From Callorhinchus milii (taxonomy: Eukaryota): a stretch of DNA of 64,000 bases. Made by a program: the position numbers and the translations under genes. Under the pieces are notes generated by a model. That model worked only from the letters and a program-made list of their open reading frames with translations, searched no databases and had not been told where the DNA came from. The stretch covers positions 88,104,001-88,168,000 of the forward strand of contig NW_024704743.1 of assembly GCF_018977255.1 (NCBI RefSeq), in the 5' to 3' direction. Of this stretch, positions 37,301 to 50,245 are shown piece by piece. The stretch's first letter is position 1. Each line of letters opens with the position of its first letter.

Positions 37301-38216
37301 AACAGTGAAACGTACACCATGCATGAAAATTGTGTCCTTTATTATACTGTTGAATGTGTGAGAAACTGCTGGTTGGACAATGGGGTCTATCTTTCAAATG
37401 ATTGCTAAGAATAACAATGCCTTTAAAACAGATGTCTTGTTATAAACACATAGCTAAAAAAAAGTTTAGCAAATCAACAGAAAACAGAATATTTTCATTG
37501 TGTTATACCTATAGCATTTTGTCAAATTATACAGAATTACTGTACCTGTTGCAGCTTTGCTTGCAACCAAAGGATCCAATATGGAATGTAGATTGACACA
37601 CAGACAAACACACAGACAGACATTTCATCTTTATCTATACTCATCTTGGAGGACTCAGTGGGAGGATTCGGCGCTTTAAAAAAGTAATTTTGTTGTTGTT
37701 GCCATGGCTTAACTTCGTCTGTGTTTTTTATTTTGTTCCCACCACTTGGCTACATGTGTGCTCTGTGACGCAGGATGCCACAGCGCTACGGGCAGCCAGT
37801 ACAGCCACCAGGTATAACTGCAGTGCATCCATACACACGTAGGTGCTCTGTAACACATGATGCCACAGTGCCTCTTTGACTCAGCGGCCACTGCAGCGAA
37901 AAACACAAACATGAAAATAACTCACGAACGATAGGAAATAGCTGAAAACTAATACGCCCATGTTACTCTCAAGTGCGAGATCCTTTGGATGAGGTATAAC
38001 TCATGTCTCTATGCCAATCAGTTATTGAGATCCTTCTTGAAGCGCAGACAGACATTGTCGTTTTATTAGTATAGAAGAAGAAGATATACGTGAATGACAA
38101 AACAGGAAAGGACCATTTGCTACAATAAAATGGGGATCCTTGTAACTATCTTTGCAAATTTTGTTCAAAAATTATCATATTCTGGGGTTTGATAGTAGCA
38201 ATTTTGCCTTAACATC

Positions 38217-38985
38217 CACACTCAACCTCAGTAAGCCAGTCAGGAACCTGGGTGTCTTGTTTGACCCTGAACTGTCCTTTCTCCTCCAAATCCGCACCAT
38301 GACTGGCACTGCCTACCACCACCTCCACAACATTGCCAGATTCCGTCACTGCCTCACCCCTCAGGCTGCTGAAAGCCTCACCCACGCATTCGTCACATCA
38401 AGGCTCGATTACGGGAACTCCCTCCTCATCGGCCTTCCCTTCACAAGCTGCAGATCATCCAAAACTCTGCAGCTCATGTACTCTCATGCACCAGGCTCCG
38501 TGACCCCATCACTCCCACCCTCGCCCGACTCCACTGGCTCTCCAACCCTCAGAGGATCGAGTTCAAGATCCTCGTCCTCACTTTCAAGATCATCCATGGC
38601 CTTGCCCCCTCCTACCTCTCTAACCTGCTGACTCTCTACCAACCTGCCCGCTCCCTCCGTTCATCGGGCACCGGCCTTCTCCATGTCTCCCACCCGACCC
38701 ACCCTACTATTGGTGGCCGGGCTTTCAGCCTCTCTGCCCCCACACTCTGGAACTCCATCCCACGGTCCCTTTGCTTCGCTTCCTCCCTTGCCTCCTACAA
38801 GGCCGGTCTCAAGACCCTTCTCTTTGACCGTGCCTTTGGTCTCCCTCCCACCTCTCTGCCTTCCCTCACCCCTACACCACCCCTCCCCCATGCTCGGGCC
38901 ATGACACCTGATTGTTCAGCACTTTGGGACATCCTTCTGACTGAAAGGTGCTCCATAAATGCAATTTTGTTGTTGTTATTGTTGT
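38217..38985 (+). mobile_element. L2 3' fragment, intermediate age
   Basis: [26 protein letters not shown]; tail ataaatgcaattttgttgttg. Confidence 0.92.
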
Positions 38986-39402
38986 AATAGCAATTAAGAG
39001 TTGCAGTGCAAGATTCAGTGGGCCACAGAATTGCTATTACTATCAATATCATAGGCAGTACAAATCTGCCTGCACAGTGCTATCCACTTGGAAAATGATC
39101 AGAATCCATAAACCACACAAAGACTCAAAAATGACGAGGCAAATCTTTTATCCTTGAAAAATCTGAAGGTGTTAGAGAACAAATTGATTATTTAATGGGT
39201 TGTAGTCTATTTCTGATGGCAGCGATCTTGGATTAATATCTGCACAGTCTGCCTGCAGCATTGTGTGCTTGATATTAAACCTCAATTGTCATTGTCAGAA
39301 ACATAAGAGAGATCCATCAAACATTTACTTATACTTAGGATTGAACGTAATTTAAAAAACATTTCTCAAGAATTCTGTAAAGCAAATCAATTGCACACCT
39401 AC

Positions 39403-39545
39403 ACAATACAGTTCTTGTGTATTTTCAAAGTACTTTTTAAACTGTGCTTTCTCTGCTACTTGATCATACTCCGCACAGTCAAAGGAAACTGAAACCTTTT
39501 GACACTGGGCAAAACAGATTGCAGATCCATTAAGTTGCAAACTAG
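39403..39545 (-). other. Candidate open exon SLQLNGSAICFAQCQKV..ELYC of the minus-strand transcript
   Basis: cttacag acceptor, gtaggt donor, stop-free 143 nt; no recognised homology. Confidence 0.35.
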
Positions 39546-39960
39546 CTGTAAGTATCTTTTAAAGACTAGTTTCCAACAGCAGTTCATAAACAAACATTGG
39601 AAATAAGGCACTATATCCAAAATATTGACATATTACAGTCAATTACAAGTAATCACTGACAAGATTTTTTTATAAACAAAGCTTTAAATAATTAATACTA
39701 ATAATAATCCTTGCATTTGATATAGCGCCTTGATATATTGAGAATATGTTGTAAAGTGGACAGAATATATTGTAAAGTGGATTGACTTTGTATTTGGTGG
39801 GCGAATTAAAAACTGAGTAATGATCCAAAGGATCAGTGGGTAATTACATTACTTAGTGTGATACTGACCTATGCAGATCAAAACAGTCCAAAGATTTATT
39901 CCAAGGTCTGTTCTGTTAGCTGATTTAGTCTGAGTAGCAGTGGGGTTGGTACAAATGGCT

Positions 39961-41983
39961 TCCCGTACTGTCTCCTACTCTCGCTCCTACCCCTGGTTCA
40001 CCACCCACCTCCGCTCACTGAAGAGCCAGGTGAAGGCGAAGAACAACCCCAGGCTACTGTTTTCTACCACATCCCGACTCCCCCGTCCCCCACGTCACCC
40101 CGTGCAGGTCATCTCCTCCAACCTTCACTGCGAGGAGAAGCTGGATTTCCTTGAATCCAAAATCAAGGGAATTCGCTCCGCGGTCACTTCCCCTCCAACA
40201 TCCACCCACCCCCCCACCCCCTCCCTCCCACACTCCGACTCCTACCCATCCTCCCCTACACACTTTCATACCCGTTTCCCCACCCTCTGTCACCAAACTC
40301 ATCCTATCCCTGAAACCACCACCTGCTCCCTTGACCCCATCCCCACTCCACTCCTTATCTCCCAGCTCCACCTCCTTGCCCCACATATCACAGACATCAT
40401 CAACCTGTCCCTCTCCTCTGGCTCTTTTCCCATTCCCTTAAAAACTGCCACCATCACTCCCACCTTGAAAAAACCCTCCCTTGATGCGTCGCAGCTATCA
40501 AGCTACCGGCCCATCTCCAACCTTCCCTTCCTGTCCAAGGTCCTTGAACGAGTTGTCGCCTCCCAGCTGCGCTGTTTCCTCTCCACCCATTCATTATTCG
40601 AACCCCTTCAGTCGGGTTTCCGTGCTGCCCATAGCACAGAAACTGCCCTGGTCAAGGTCACCAATGACATCCTGACCATCTGTGACCAGGGCTCCCTCTG
40701 CCTCCTCGTCCTCCTCGACCTATCGGCAGCATTCGATACGGTCGACCACGCTATCCTCCTCCACCGCTTGTCCTCCCACCTCAACCTTCAAGGCCCTGTC
40801 CTTGAGTGGTTTAGGTCGTTCCTCTCCCACCGTCTTCATTTTGTTTCCACAAACGGCTTTTCCTCCACCCCCCGCACTGTCTCGTGTGGTGTCCCTCAGG
40901 GCTCTGTCCTCGATCCCCTCCTCTTCACCCTCTATATGCTCCCCCTTGGTGACATCATCCACAGACATGGGATTAACCTCCACATGTATGTGGATGACAC
41001 CCAACTCTACCTTTCCTCCTCTACCCTCAACTCCACGACCACCGATGTCCTGACAGCCTGCCTGTCTGACATTGAGTCCTGGACGAGAGACAACTTTCTT
41101 CAGCTCAATGTACGCAAAACTGAGGCCCTCCTGATTGGCTCGTGTCAGCGCCTCCGCACCTCTGGCACTGACAGCATCAGCATCCAAGGCTGCACTCTCC
41201 ACCTCTCAAAGCCGGTCAGGAACCTCGGGGTTCTGCTCGACCCTGAGCTGTCCTTTCTCCCTCATATCCGCTCCACAACTGGCACCGCCTTCCATCACCT
41301 CCGGAATATCACCAAACTATGGCACTACCTCACCTCTCACGCTGCTGAAACTCTGCTCCACGCCTTTATCACCTCAAAGCTGGACTATGGGAACTCTCTC
41401 CTCGCCGGTCTTCCCGGCACCTCCCTCCACAAGCTGCAGGTCATTCAGAACTCTGCAGCTCGTGTACTGTCCCGCACCAGGCTTCGCGACAACATCACTC
41501 CCACCCTCGCTTGCCTCCACTGGCTCCCCATTCCCCAGAGGATCGAATTCAAGATCCTCATCCTCACCTACACGGCCATTCATGGCCTTGCTCCCGGCCT
41601 ACCTCTCTGACCTACTATCCCCCTACCTACCTGCCCGTACCCTCCGTTCCTCTGGCTCCGGTCTGCTCCACACCCACCGCCCCAACCGTCCTACCATCGG
41701 TGGCCGGGTCTTCAGCCTCTCAGCCCCGAGGCTCTGGAACTCTATCCCCCAGTGCCTTCGCCGCTTCCTCCCTTTCCTCTTCAAGGCCAGTCTCAAGACC
41801 TTTCTCTTTGACCGTGCCTTCAGCTCCCCTCTCGACTCACTACCCCCTCCTTGCTCCATCCCTTCCCTCCCCTCACCCTGACCATTTCCCCCCTGCTCGG
41901 GTCCTGACCCAACTGTACAGCGCCTTGAGACGTCCTCCCGACGTGAAAGGCGCTCTATAAATGGAATCTTGTTGTTGTTGTTG
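39961..41983 (+). mobile_element. Young L2, 5'-truncated, with a ~129-nt in-frame internal deletion, YVDD motif and frameshifts
   Basis: Highly similar to 8647-10787; 556-aa RT ORF; (GTT)n tail running into (GT)n. Confidence 0.97.
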
Positions 41984-44924
41984 TGTGTGTGTGTGGTGGG
42001 GGCGGGGAAGGAGTGGGGGGGAGACGTGCGGGGGAGAAAAGTATTGTGCTTTCATTTGTACTTTGTTCACCAGAATATTTTCAGCCTTCACCAGTTTGGA
42101 TTTGCAAATCACTAGCTGCGAAAGTTGCCAATTAGTTGTTGCAATTAATGCAACAAATCCAATCTGTGAATATTGTGGTTAGATCCCAATCCCGAGGTTA
42201 GGGAGGAATAAATCAGTACTCCCTTTCATTGCTAGCCAGTGACCCCCGCTGACACTCTTAGTTCATACAGTTACTTAGATAAGGTAACTGGTGGCCTTCA
42301 ATAGGTACAGGCCTGCATCTCAACAGGAATCACTACCTTCAGAAAATGAGAGAAGAAGAGAGAAAATCTTGGAAAAGGAAGCAAAAAATAGCAATGTGTC
42401 TCTTATGCTGCCTTGGCTGGCATTTTTAATGTCGGATAGAGGACTGAAGAAGCCGTGAGAGATCAAGTGGGCCAAAGAACGTTCTTCATCCTAACCTCTC
42501 TTGTGATCTTGACCTTATGGCTCTTTGCTCATAGCCACCTGCCTGATCTTGTTTCATACAGGGACAGATATGGTAGGTTTGATATTGCACCTGCAGCTGT
42601 AACTGACCTACAGAAAAGGTAAAGGCAAATGAGGCTTAAGGAATGACAACTCATCAATTGTATAACTTTACTAGAAACACATAGAGCTCACAAATTAGCT
42701 GATCAAACTCACATTTTTTTTAAAAAATCTTAAAATGGAGTCTAATTTTTGAACAGCTGCACTTCTCTCGCAGTCTCCCTCCTTGCCGGACACAATATTT
42801 TATATATGTATATTCACAATATTGTTGGATCTTTTTAAAACAACTTGCAACTCAGATTTGTTGTGAAGTTTATATCACACAAACTTCACAATACATTTAA
42901 TATTTTTTAGGAACCATAAACATTTGATTGAACGAAGAATGGGAGAAAGAAAGGTAATACCAAGTTTAAAATTTATAAAGTTACTATTCTTAAAATCCAT
43001 TATGAACCTTCCTGAACACTAGTCTTCGACAGAAGACATTCGAACTATCAACAAGTAGCATACAGTGTGGAAATGAAGCATATAAGGGCTACAAAATGCT
43101 GTGCTTTCTTGTACTAAGGCATACCACAGTGCAGTGAGTTACATCTTGACTCAGCCACTAAAAAGAAAGGGAGAGGGAGGGAGGGAGGTTGCTGCCTTCT
43201 CAACTGGGCAAATAGGGAAAATAAAAGTGAGAGTTAAAAGAATTTAACATTGGAGATCATCAAAGCAAAATCCATCATGCCAATTGCATCCGAACATGAA
43301 TAGCCAGAACGCTTGGCTGTTTCAACTGAACAGTACAGCTATTGTTTAGTACCTTTATTGTATTGCCAAAACTTTATTCATTTATGAATAGTGTTATGAT
43401 ACCGCGTTCAGAAATAACTTGTCTGTATTCTTAGACGAAAAAATCAATATCTGTAAAAAAAAAAGGGACTTTTGTGCTGCGTTAACCATGAAGGGAACAA
43501 TGGAAACTGAAAAGAAACCAACATGGTCTTCAAATGATGGCAATGAAAGCAAACACAGTGAAGATTGCCTGTGAGTAGAGCAAAATAGGAAATATGTTAA
43601 GTTCCTCTGACATTTATAATGATGCCAATGTTATTCGTATGTTAGTCAAAGAAATTGCTGTGAAAATTTAGTCACCTATATGTGTGTTTCAAGTGCAAGT
43701 CTTGCAGTAGTAATGTAATTATTAGCAGTAAAATATTTTCACCAAACCAAGCTATATAATAATAATAATCTTTGCATTTGATATAGCGCTTTATCACGTC
43801 TTCAAGACGTCTCAAAGTGCTTCACAGAATACATACAGATATAAGATCACCAATGGTACCTTTTCAGCTAAACTAATAGATTAATCCATCTGCATTCTAG
43901 AATATTTATCAAGTTGATCATAGGGAACGATTAAGAGCAGACCTGATTTAATCTTTCTGTAATAGGCACAGGACATTGTTACCCTAGCTATTTATCAAAT
44001 AGTGTATTTATTGCATGTCTGCTTGTGTTAATCCACATCAGAAAAGCTGATACTTTATTTGTGAGATACCATGTGGTAGCTTTCAATTTTTGCAGCAGAA
44101 TTTAAAAAGCTTAAATGCACACAAACCTCAATTATATCACATGGGGATTTTTACAAAGTTGCCCCTGAACATCAATTGACCAAATTTTAGCTGCACTCCA
44201 TCACAGTCCAGCTTGGGAACTCTTAATCAGATGTGAATCAGATGAAAAACATACCACAAATATAGGCTGTGAACTTGACATTCTTAATTCCTTAGTCATC
44301 CATGAATATCCAGCAAACTATCGCCAGTGGACAGCAATAATGTGTTTTATTTAACTTATCTGCTGCAAGCTGGCCAACAATCGACTTTCTACATGAATTG
44401 GGTCATTTGTAGGACTTTGTGGGACTTTGCTGTATGCAAAATGACAGTTGTATCTGCCCACAATTAGTCACTACACACAATAGCAATTATTTGAGATGTT
44501 GATGACATAGGCTCTGTAAAAATGCAAATTCTCCCTTTAAAAGTGTGGTGTCAGCAAGGCATTGCAGATGTTAACTAGAATATAATGAAATTGGAAGAGG
44601 TTCTTTTATATTGTCTTAATTATTAAGTTAGTGACAATCCCTGGAGGGTAACTGCTTGGTAAGTGAGGAGACTTCCCTTATGATGTGCCTGAATGCATGT
44701 GCTTATGTGAAAAGGCTTGCTCTCTGCATTTCACATTAACCCTGTGTTCACTTGCCATGCAAAGCTGGATGTGAGATTGCAGCAGAAGGCCTGTTTTTCC
44801 AGTACTACGCGAGCAGAAAATGCTGCTTCAGTGAGCAAGATGATTGTTGTTCCAGACAGGCTGGATTTCTGCATTGAAATATATTTAACTTATTCAACAT
44901 ACTTGCCACATGTTGGGATTTTGA

Positions 44925-45690
44925 TCTCCAGTACTTTAGTTGACACTCAAATGAAGTGCTAGGGATCCATTGCATTAACGAAGGTGCCATCCTTCAGATA
45001 AAATGTTTAAAGGGAGTCCCATCTGCCTGTTCAGGTGGACATTAAAGATGGCATTACTGGAAAAAAGAAAATAATTTCTTCTAAAGTCCTGGCCAAAAAC
45101 CACTAGATAAATTTGGCCATCCACTTCATGTTTGTGTTAAATTGCTGGATACAAATTATCTGTCCTGTTCATCTGCAATATACAGTCACTATAATACACT
45201 GCAGTAAATCCTACAAAGTCCTTTGAACATCTTGCCTATATAAAACACGCTATATATAATGCAAGGATTGTAATTATATTATAACTTATTGTATCTTATT
45301 TAAAAATAAGGTGAATAAGAAAACTTTCTGGTGTTGATTAGTCAAGTAGATCAGAGAATTGAGAGTTGGATTCTGGTGTGGAGGATTAAATCTTAGTAGG
45401 AATCAGTTATCTTTCTGACTTTAATAAAATGAAGTCCATGTTTCAGCCAGCTCAGTTGGTGATAATTATTGCCCCTGAATCAGAACATTGAGAGCTCAAG
45501 CACCATGTCAGGACTTTGAGCTAAACTGATGCTCTATTGTTGTGTTGGTGGGATGTTGCATTGTCTTCAGATAGGATGTTAAACTGAGGTTCTGTCCACC
45601 TGTTTCAGTGGAATTTAAAGATCTTGTGGCACTGTTCAAAAAGTGGAGTCTCTCCTGTTGTCCTGACCAACATTCCTCCAGGTAATTGGG
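44925..45690 (+). mobile_element. Two old Deu-domain SINEs (44925-45275; 45440-45690); others at ~19090, 50600, 55865
   Basis: ggtgccatccttcagat..ctgcctgttcaggtggacattaaagat..cctggccaa. Confidence 0.7.
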
Positions 45691-46962
45691 TTTGACTATA
45701 TTACCATATCTTTGAATGCAAGAAACTGACCAGTGCTTGTCACTCTGCCTCACTGTCTGTCCTTGGACTCATGCTTGTTTGGCTGTGAAGACGGAGATCA
45801 GCATTAGACTCCGGTGCCTAATTGAGACCAATTTCCATGCATAAACCTCTTTAGAATTGATTATAGCTCTGTAATTGTGCTTTGAAACATTCAGCAGTTG
45901 AACCTATAAAGGTGTTTATATCTGACTTTGACATAAAAGCTGAGGAAGTCATTTAGTACTGAACAGTCCTGAAAACCTCTTTGAAATTATTAACCGATAT
46001 TCCTTTTTGAAGTTTTTTAATGTTTTCAAATCAACAATGCAAATCCTCAAAAGATCAAGTGGGGATGAGCAAGATTTTTGAGCAAGATTGATCTGAATTG
46101 CTCGATTTGAATTTATTTTGTAAGTGTAGCTTTCAACCTTTCTGCATCTATTCTCTGGAACTCCAGCTTAGACGCCCTCCACCTGGCCCCTTTCCTCCCC
46201 TCCTTCTGTACCCACCTTAGGATCTATCTTTTCAAAAGCATTTTGGGTTAACTCCCCTCCCCTCCCTTCTTAGTTCTTCCCTCCACCCATTTCCCCAGTT
46301 TGGGCTCCTCGTCAGTTATGTGAAAAACGTTGAGATGTCCTACTGACTAGAAAGGCACTATGTAAACGTATAAATGCTGTTAGTGTTGGTAATTCATCCT
46401 TTTTCAATGCTGTGTACAACCTGTTAAAGTGCAACTTCAATCTTTGTGATTAATTAACTTTACAACTTGCATTTTATATAGTGTCTCTCAATGTAAAAGA
46501 GCATTTCAAACCTGTTTAGTGTTATTGTATTGGCTTTGACAACTTAAAGTCACCCTTTGGAATATCGGAGTTAGAACTGAGATCCGAAAGTTGAGAGTTA
46601 CAAATCCTGTTTCCACTTTTAACCATTGTTGGTGTGTTTGTGAAGCTTCCCAGATAAAGTTGACTAGGGATGAAGGCATAACAAACAAACATGTAGCAAC
46701 AAAAGAGAATAACGAAGAGATTTCCATCAACCGATGTGAATGTTTTGATGAGGGATTGGGTTGTTGTCTCCTAACATGGTGATCATGTGTTCAAACTCTG
46801 GTTCATCTGTGAATGATTTGTAACAAAATGACATTGGTAGTTCTAGTTTATTTCTCGGATCATTCTCAAGATAAGTTGATTCAAGATGATGGCTTTGGAG
46901 TGATACCATTTAATGCGGTGTCATGGCCCATAATTATATTGCTTAGTTTTAATCTTTAATGT

Positions 46963-47260
46963 GGTTCCTCTTATGGCTTAACAGGTAAGTGCATTCCACT
47001 TGCCACAATGTTGATTCATACAGACCAGGAATGTCCCAGGTTTAATCATTAGCCTGTACAGAGGTGGCTAATCTCAACTGAAGCACCAGCCTGAAGTTTA
47101 GAATCACCATCAAAGTCTCTGAGTTGAGGAGAACGTACTGAACCAAGGCTTCCGCTCCTGATTTCTATCAGCAACTTGCTTGTTGGAAGTAATAAGCAGA
47201 ACTCATAAATAAATTGCTATGAATGGTTATACAAAGGCTGACTGGACCTCACAGCACACG
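46963..47260 (+). mobile_element. Ancient AmnSINE2-like element with head
   Basis: atggcttaacaggtaagtgca..catacagaccaggaatgtcccaggtttaatc..gctaatctca..ttccgctcctgat resembles AmnSINE2 (from memory). Confidence 0.6.
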
Positions 47261-47651
47261 TTTGTCCCAGAGAAGGCATTCATTATTTAGGGCGTCAAAA
47301 AATGTGGGAAAATTTCTCACCCATTAACCGCACATCTATTTTAAGAGTGGTATGCTCTAGTTACATAGAATTATAAGGCACAGGTTATTTGGACCAACTT
47401 GCCTGTGCCAGTGTTTGTACTCTAGACAAGCCTCTAACCCTCCAAATCCGCTCTTATACCCCTGTATTCTCTTCTCCCTCATATACGCATTGATATTGTT
47501 TGGGAGTGGGAATACCAACATCAGTACTTCACCACAAATGATATTGGGTTTTCAAACTGTGGGATGCAACAAGTTTATCAGGGGGGTGCATTCGGTGTTT
47601 GTACTCCCTTGCTGGTTGCCATCTTTTTACGGTGCTGGGATACAATAATAT

Positions 47652-48027
47652 AATATAAAATAATAGTAATGATCTTTGCATTTGATATAGAACTTTAACA
47701 CATCTTCGAGACATCTCAAAGCGCTTCACAGAATGTATTGTAAAGTGAATTGACTGTATATTTTGTGGGCAAAATGCAGCAGCCAATTGCGCACAGCAGT
47801 GTCCCACAAACAGTTGTGGATTGAGGACCAATTTATTATTATAATTTATTTTAAAGGAATTATTACCCCTGGAAAAGCAATCCGCCAATCGACTAACAAC
47901 CAGGTTTCTACTTACTTTCTAGGTAAACAGAGTAAGGAGTTATGTGTGGAGTAAGGAAACTTGCCCAACCTTTCCCTCTGCCGGGAGTCAAACCCTGGTC
48001 TCTCGCTTTCGAGGAGAGAGAGTGCCA
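47652..48027 (-). mobile_element. Long-form tRNA/CORE/Deu/L2-tail SINE
   Basis: Contains ttgggcaagtttccttactccacac..ctctgtttacctag..gtaagtagaaacctggttgttagtcgattgg before the common 3' body. Confidence 0.85.
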
Positions 48028-48206
48028 CCCTGGATGGAAAAACGAGATGAGGGCATAGGCACAGGTGGAGGCTACAGCGAACAATGCAAAGCTGGGAAAG
48101 AACCTGGCAGCTTGCCTATTTATGGGGTCTTTCTTCTACTTAATAAGTATTTATGTTAGTACCTGTTATAAGCATATATGATAGTACCTGTTATAAGCAT
48201 AATTTT

Positions 48207-48510
48207 ATAATAATAACAATAATTCTTGCATTTGATATAACGCTTTTCACGTGTTCTAGATGTCTCAAAGCGCTTCACAGAATATACTTTAAAGTGAATT
48301 AACTGTACAGCAGCCAATTGGGCACAGCAGTGTCCCACAAACAGTCATGGATTGAAGTGGCCAATTTATTATTGGTTGTTTGTTTTCTTGAGGGATTATT
48401 ATCAGGAATCTGGAGTAAGGAAATTTGCTAAAGGTTTCGCCCTGTCATGAATTGAACCCAGGTCTATCGCTTGCAAGGCGAGTGCTCTAACCACTGAGCT
48501 ACAGAACTCC
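48207..48510 (-). mobile_element. tRNA-Ala SINE, short form
   Basis: Head gtagctcagtggttagagcactcgccttgcaagcga..gttcaattc plus the common tail. Confidence 0.9.
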
Positions 48511-48936
48511 TACATATTATTTTATTATAATATTACTGTATAAGTGTTTATGTTAGTACCTATCCGCATGGAAAGGGACAGGAAGAGAGTTGGAGAAGGA
48601 TGTAAGTGTATTTTATTATTATATTATCACTTCATTATTAAATATTATCTGCTTTCTTGATAAATATTTGCATTGCATATGAGTTAGCCTTGTAGCCATT
48701 CACTTGTGTCTTTATTTTAACACATCCTCCGGAGTTTGGAAGGGAGGTTCACATGAGGTGTATAAAACAAGCTTGTTGTAATATATGGTCCAAATCCCTG
48801 ACTGTCCAGTGCTTGGGTTGTCCTCTTGACATGAAAGGCGCTATACAAATGTAATTTGTTTTTGTGAAAAAATGTAGACCAAGTTTCAGGAAGAGGTATG
48901 TGAAACACACTTAAGTTTATTCTGTAGAAGTGGTAC

Positions 48937-48983
48937 CTTGCTATTTATGTTGCTTTCTGTCTCAAGAAAATATGTTTTATTAG
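48937..48983 (-). other. Candidate 47-nt exon (ANKTYFLETESNINSK)
   Basis: ttttattttctcag acceptor, AAG|gtacca donor; phase-compatible with 52701-52790. Confidence 0.35.
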
Positions 48984-50077
48984 CTGAGAAAATAAAATCA
49001 TCTTGTTCTATACAAAGATATTGTTCCTTAGAAAGAGGGGAGTGCCTATGGGACATGAATCTCTGAAGATGGGCAGAGCAAAATAATCTATTTGTGAATC
49101 ATTATTCTGTCTTTCATTGCAACTTTTTTTTAAAAAAAGTGTGAAAACAGCTGACTTATAGCATGGAATGCCAGTAATAATGATCACTTGCCAAAATGGA
49201 TTGTGGACTGTGTATTATTTGTGAATACATTCGCAATGATAATTATAGATTTGTTGTAAAATTTCAACCTAGACATCAAATGCTGTAGATTGAGCTTGTT
49301 TTGATGAGCCCCATGTGACCCCCTCCCCCTCCCAAATGCCGCAGGATGTGTTAAAATAAAGACACAAGTGAACATAAAGACATAAGGTTAACCCAGATTA
49401 AGCTTCAGGTAACAGTTATAAATCACTCAAGCTTCATTATTGTAGATTTTGGTTTCACGTGAACCCTTAAATCGGACACTATCTTGCAGTCACCCTGGAT
49501 GCATGGTTTCCATTAAATCTTTTTAAGTTTTTTTGAAATTTGAGCAGTATCCCACTCCTGCTATCAACATTTTGAAGCAGATGAGCTGACTAGACTGCAG
49601 CTATCTGTTCCATCCAGCTGCACCTATCAGTCCCCAGACAGCTAATGTGACATTGACCAACCCACTGTTAGGTTTGCCACTCCAAATGATCTTGACAGAC
49701 ATCGGTTGAAATATGTCAGCATAATTAACAATAATAATATATAATAATAATAATCCTTGCATTTGATATAGCGCTGTTCACGTCGGGAGGACGTCCCAAA
49801 GCGCTTCACAGAATATACTGTAAAGTGAATTGACTGTATATTTAATATATAATATATAATATAATCCTTGCGTTTGATATAGCGCCTTATCACGTCTAAT
49901 ACCCACGTAACAGTTTGGAAAAGGTATTATCTACCTGAATTTAAGAAAAGAAACAAATTATTAAAGAAGCACTTTTTTTTATTTACATCGTTTTCATTTT
50001 AGAGCAATTTAAGAGTGGAAATACCATGTTATGTGGTAATTTATATCACTAGAAATTTGAGTGTTACTTTGCAGGAT

Positions 50078-50245
50078 CCCTTTCTCAGTGAACGGAATAA
50101 CTCGAGAAGCCTTTCTCAGATAAGACAGTATCCCATGAGGCAATTCTCAGCTAAGATCATATCCCACAAAGCTATTCTCAGCTGAACTGGTATTACGTAA
50201 AGTCACTCTGAGCTTAGTGAGTATCGTGTGAGGTGACACTGAAAG
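50078..50245. repeat. Degenerate 31-bp tandem repeat, about 5-6 units
   Basis: ttctcag-like anchors at 50082, 50113, 50144, 50175, 50206 (and 50237). Confidence 0.75.

Noticed and set aside
39940..41610. 556-aa functional RT
   Set aside because: No EN domain, compensating frameshifts, internal deletion and a broken C-terminus.
46512..46909. Overlapping minus-strand ORFs as a further exon
   Set aside because: Possibly part of the 5' transcript, but frame and boundaries are ambiguous and no homology was recognised.
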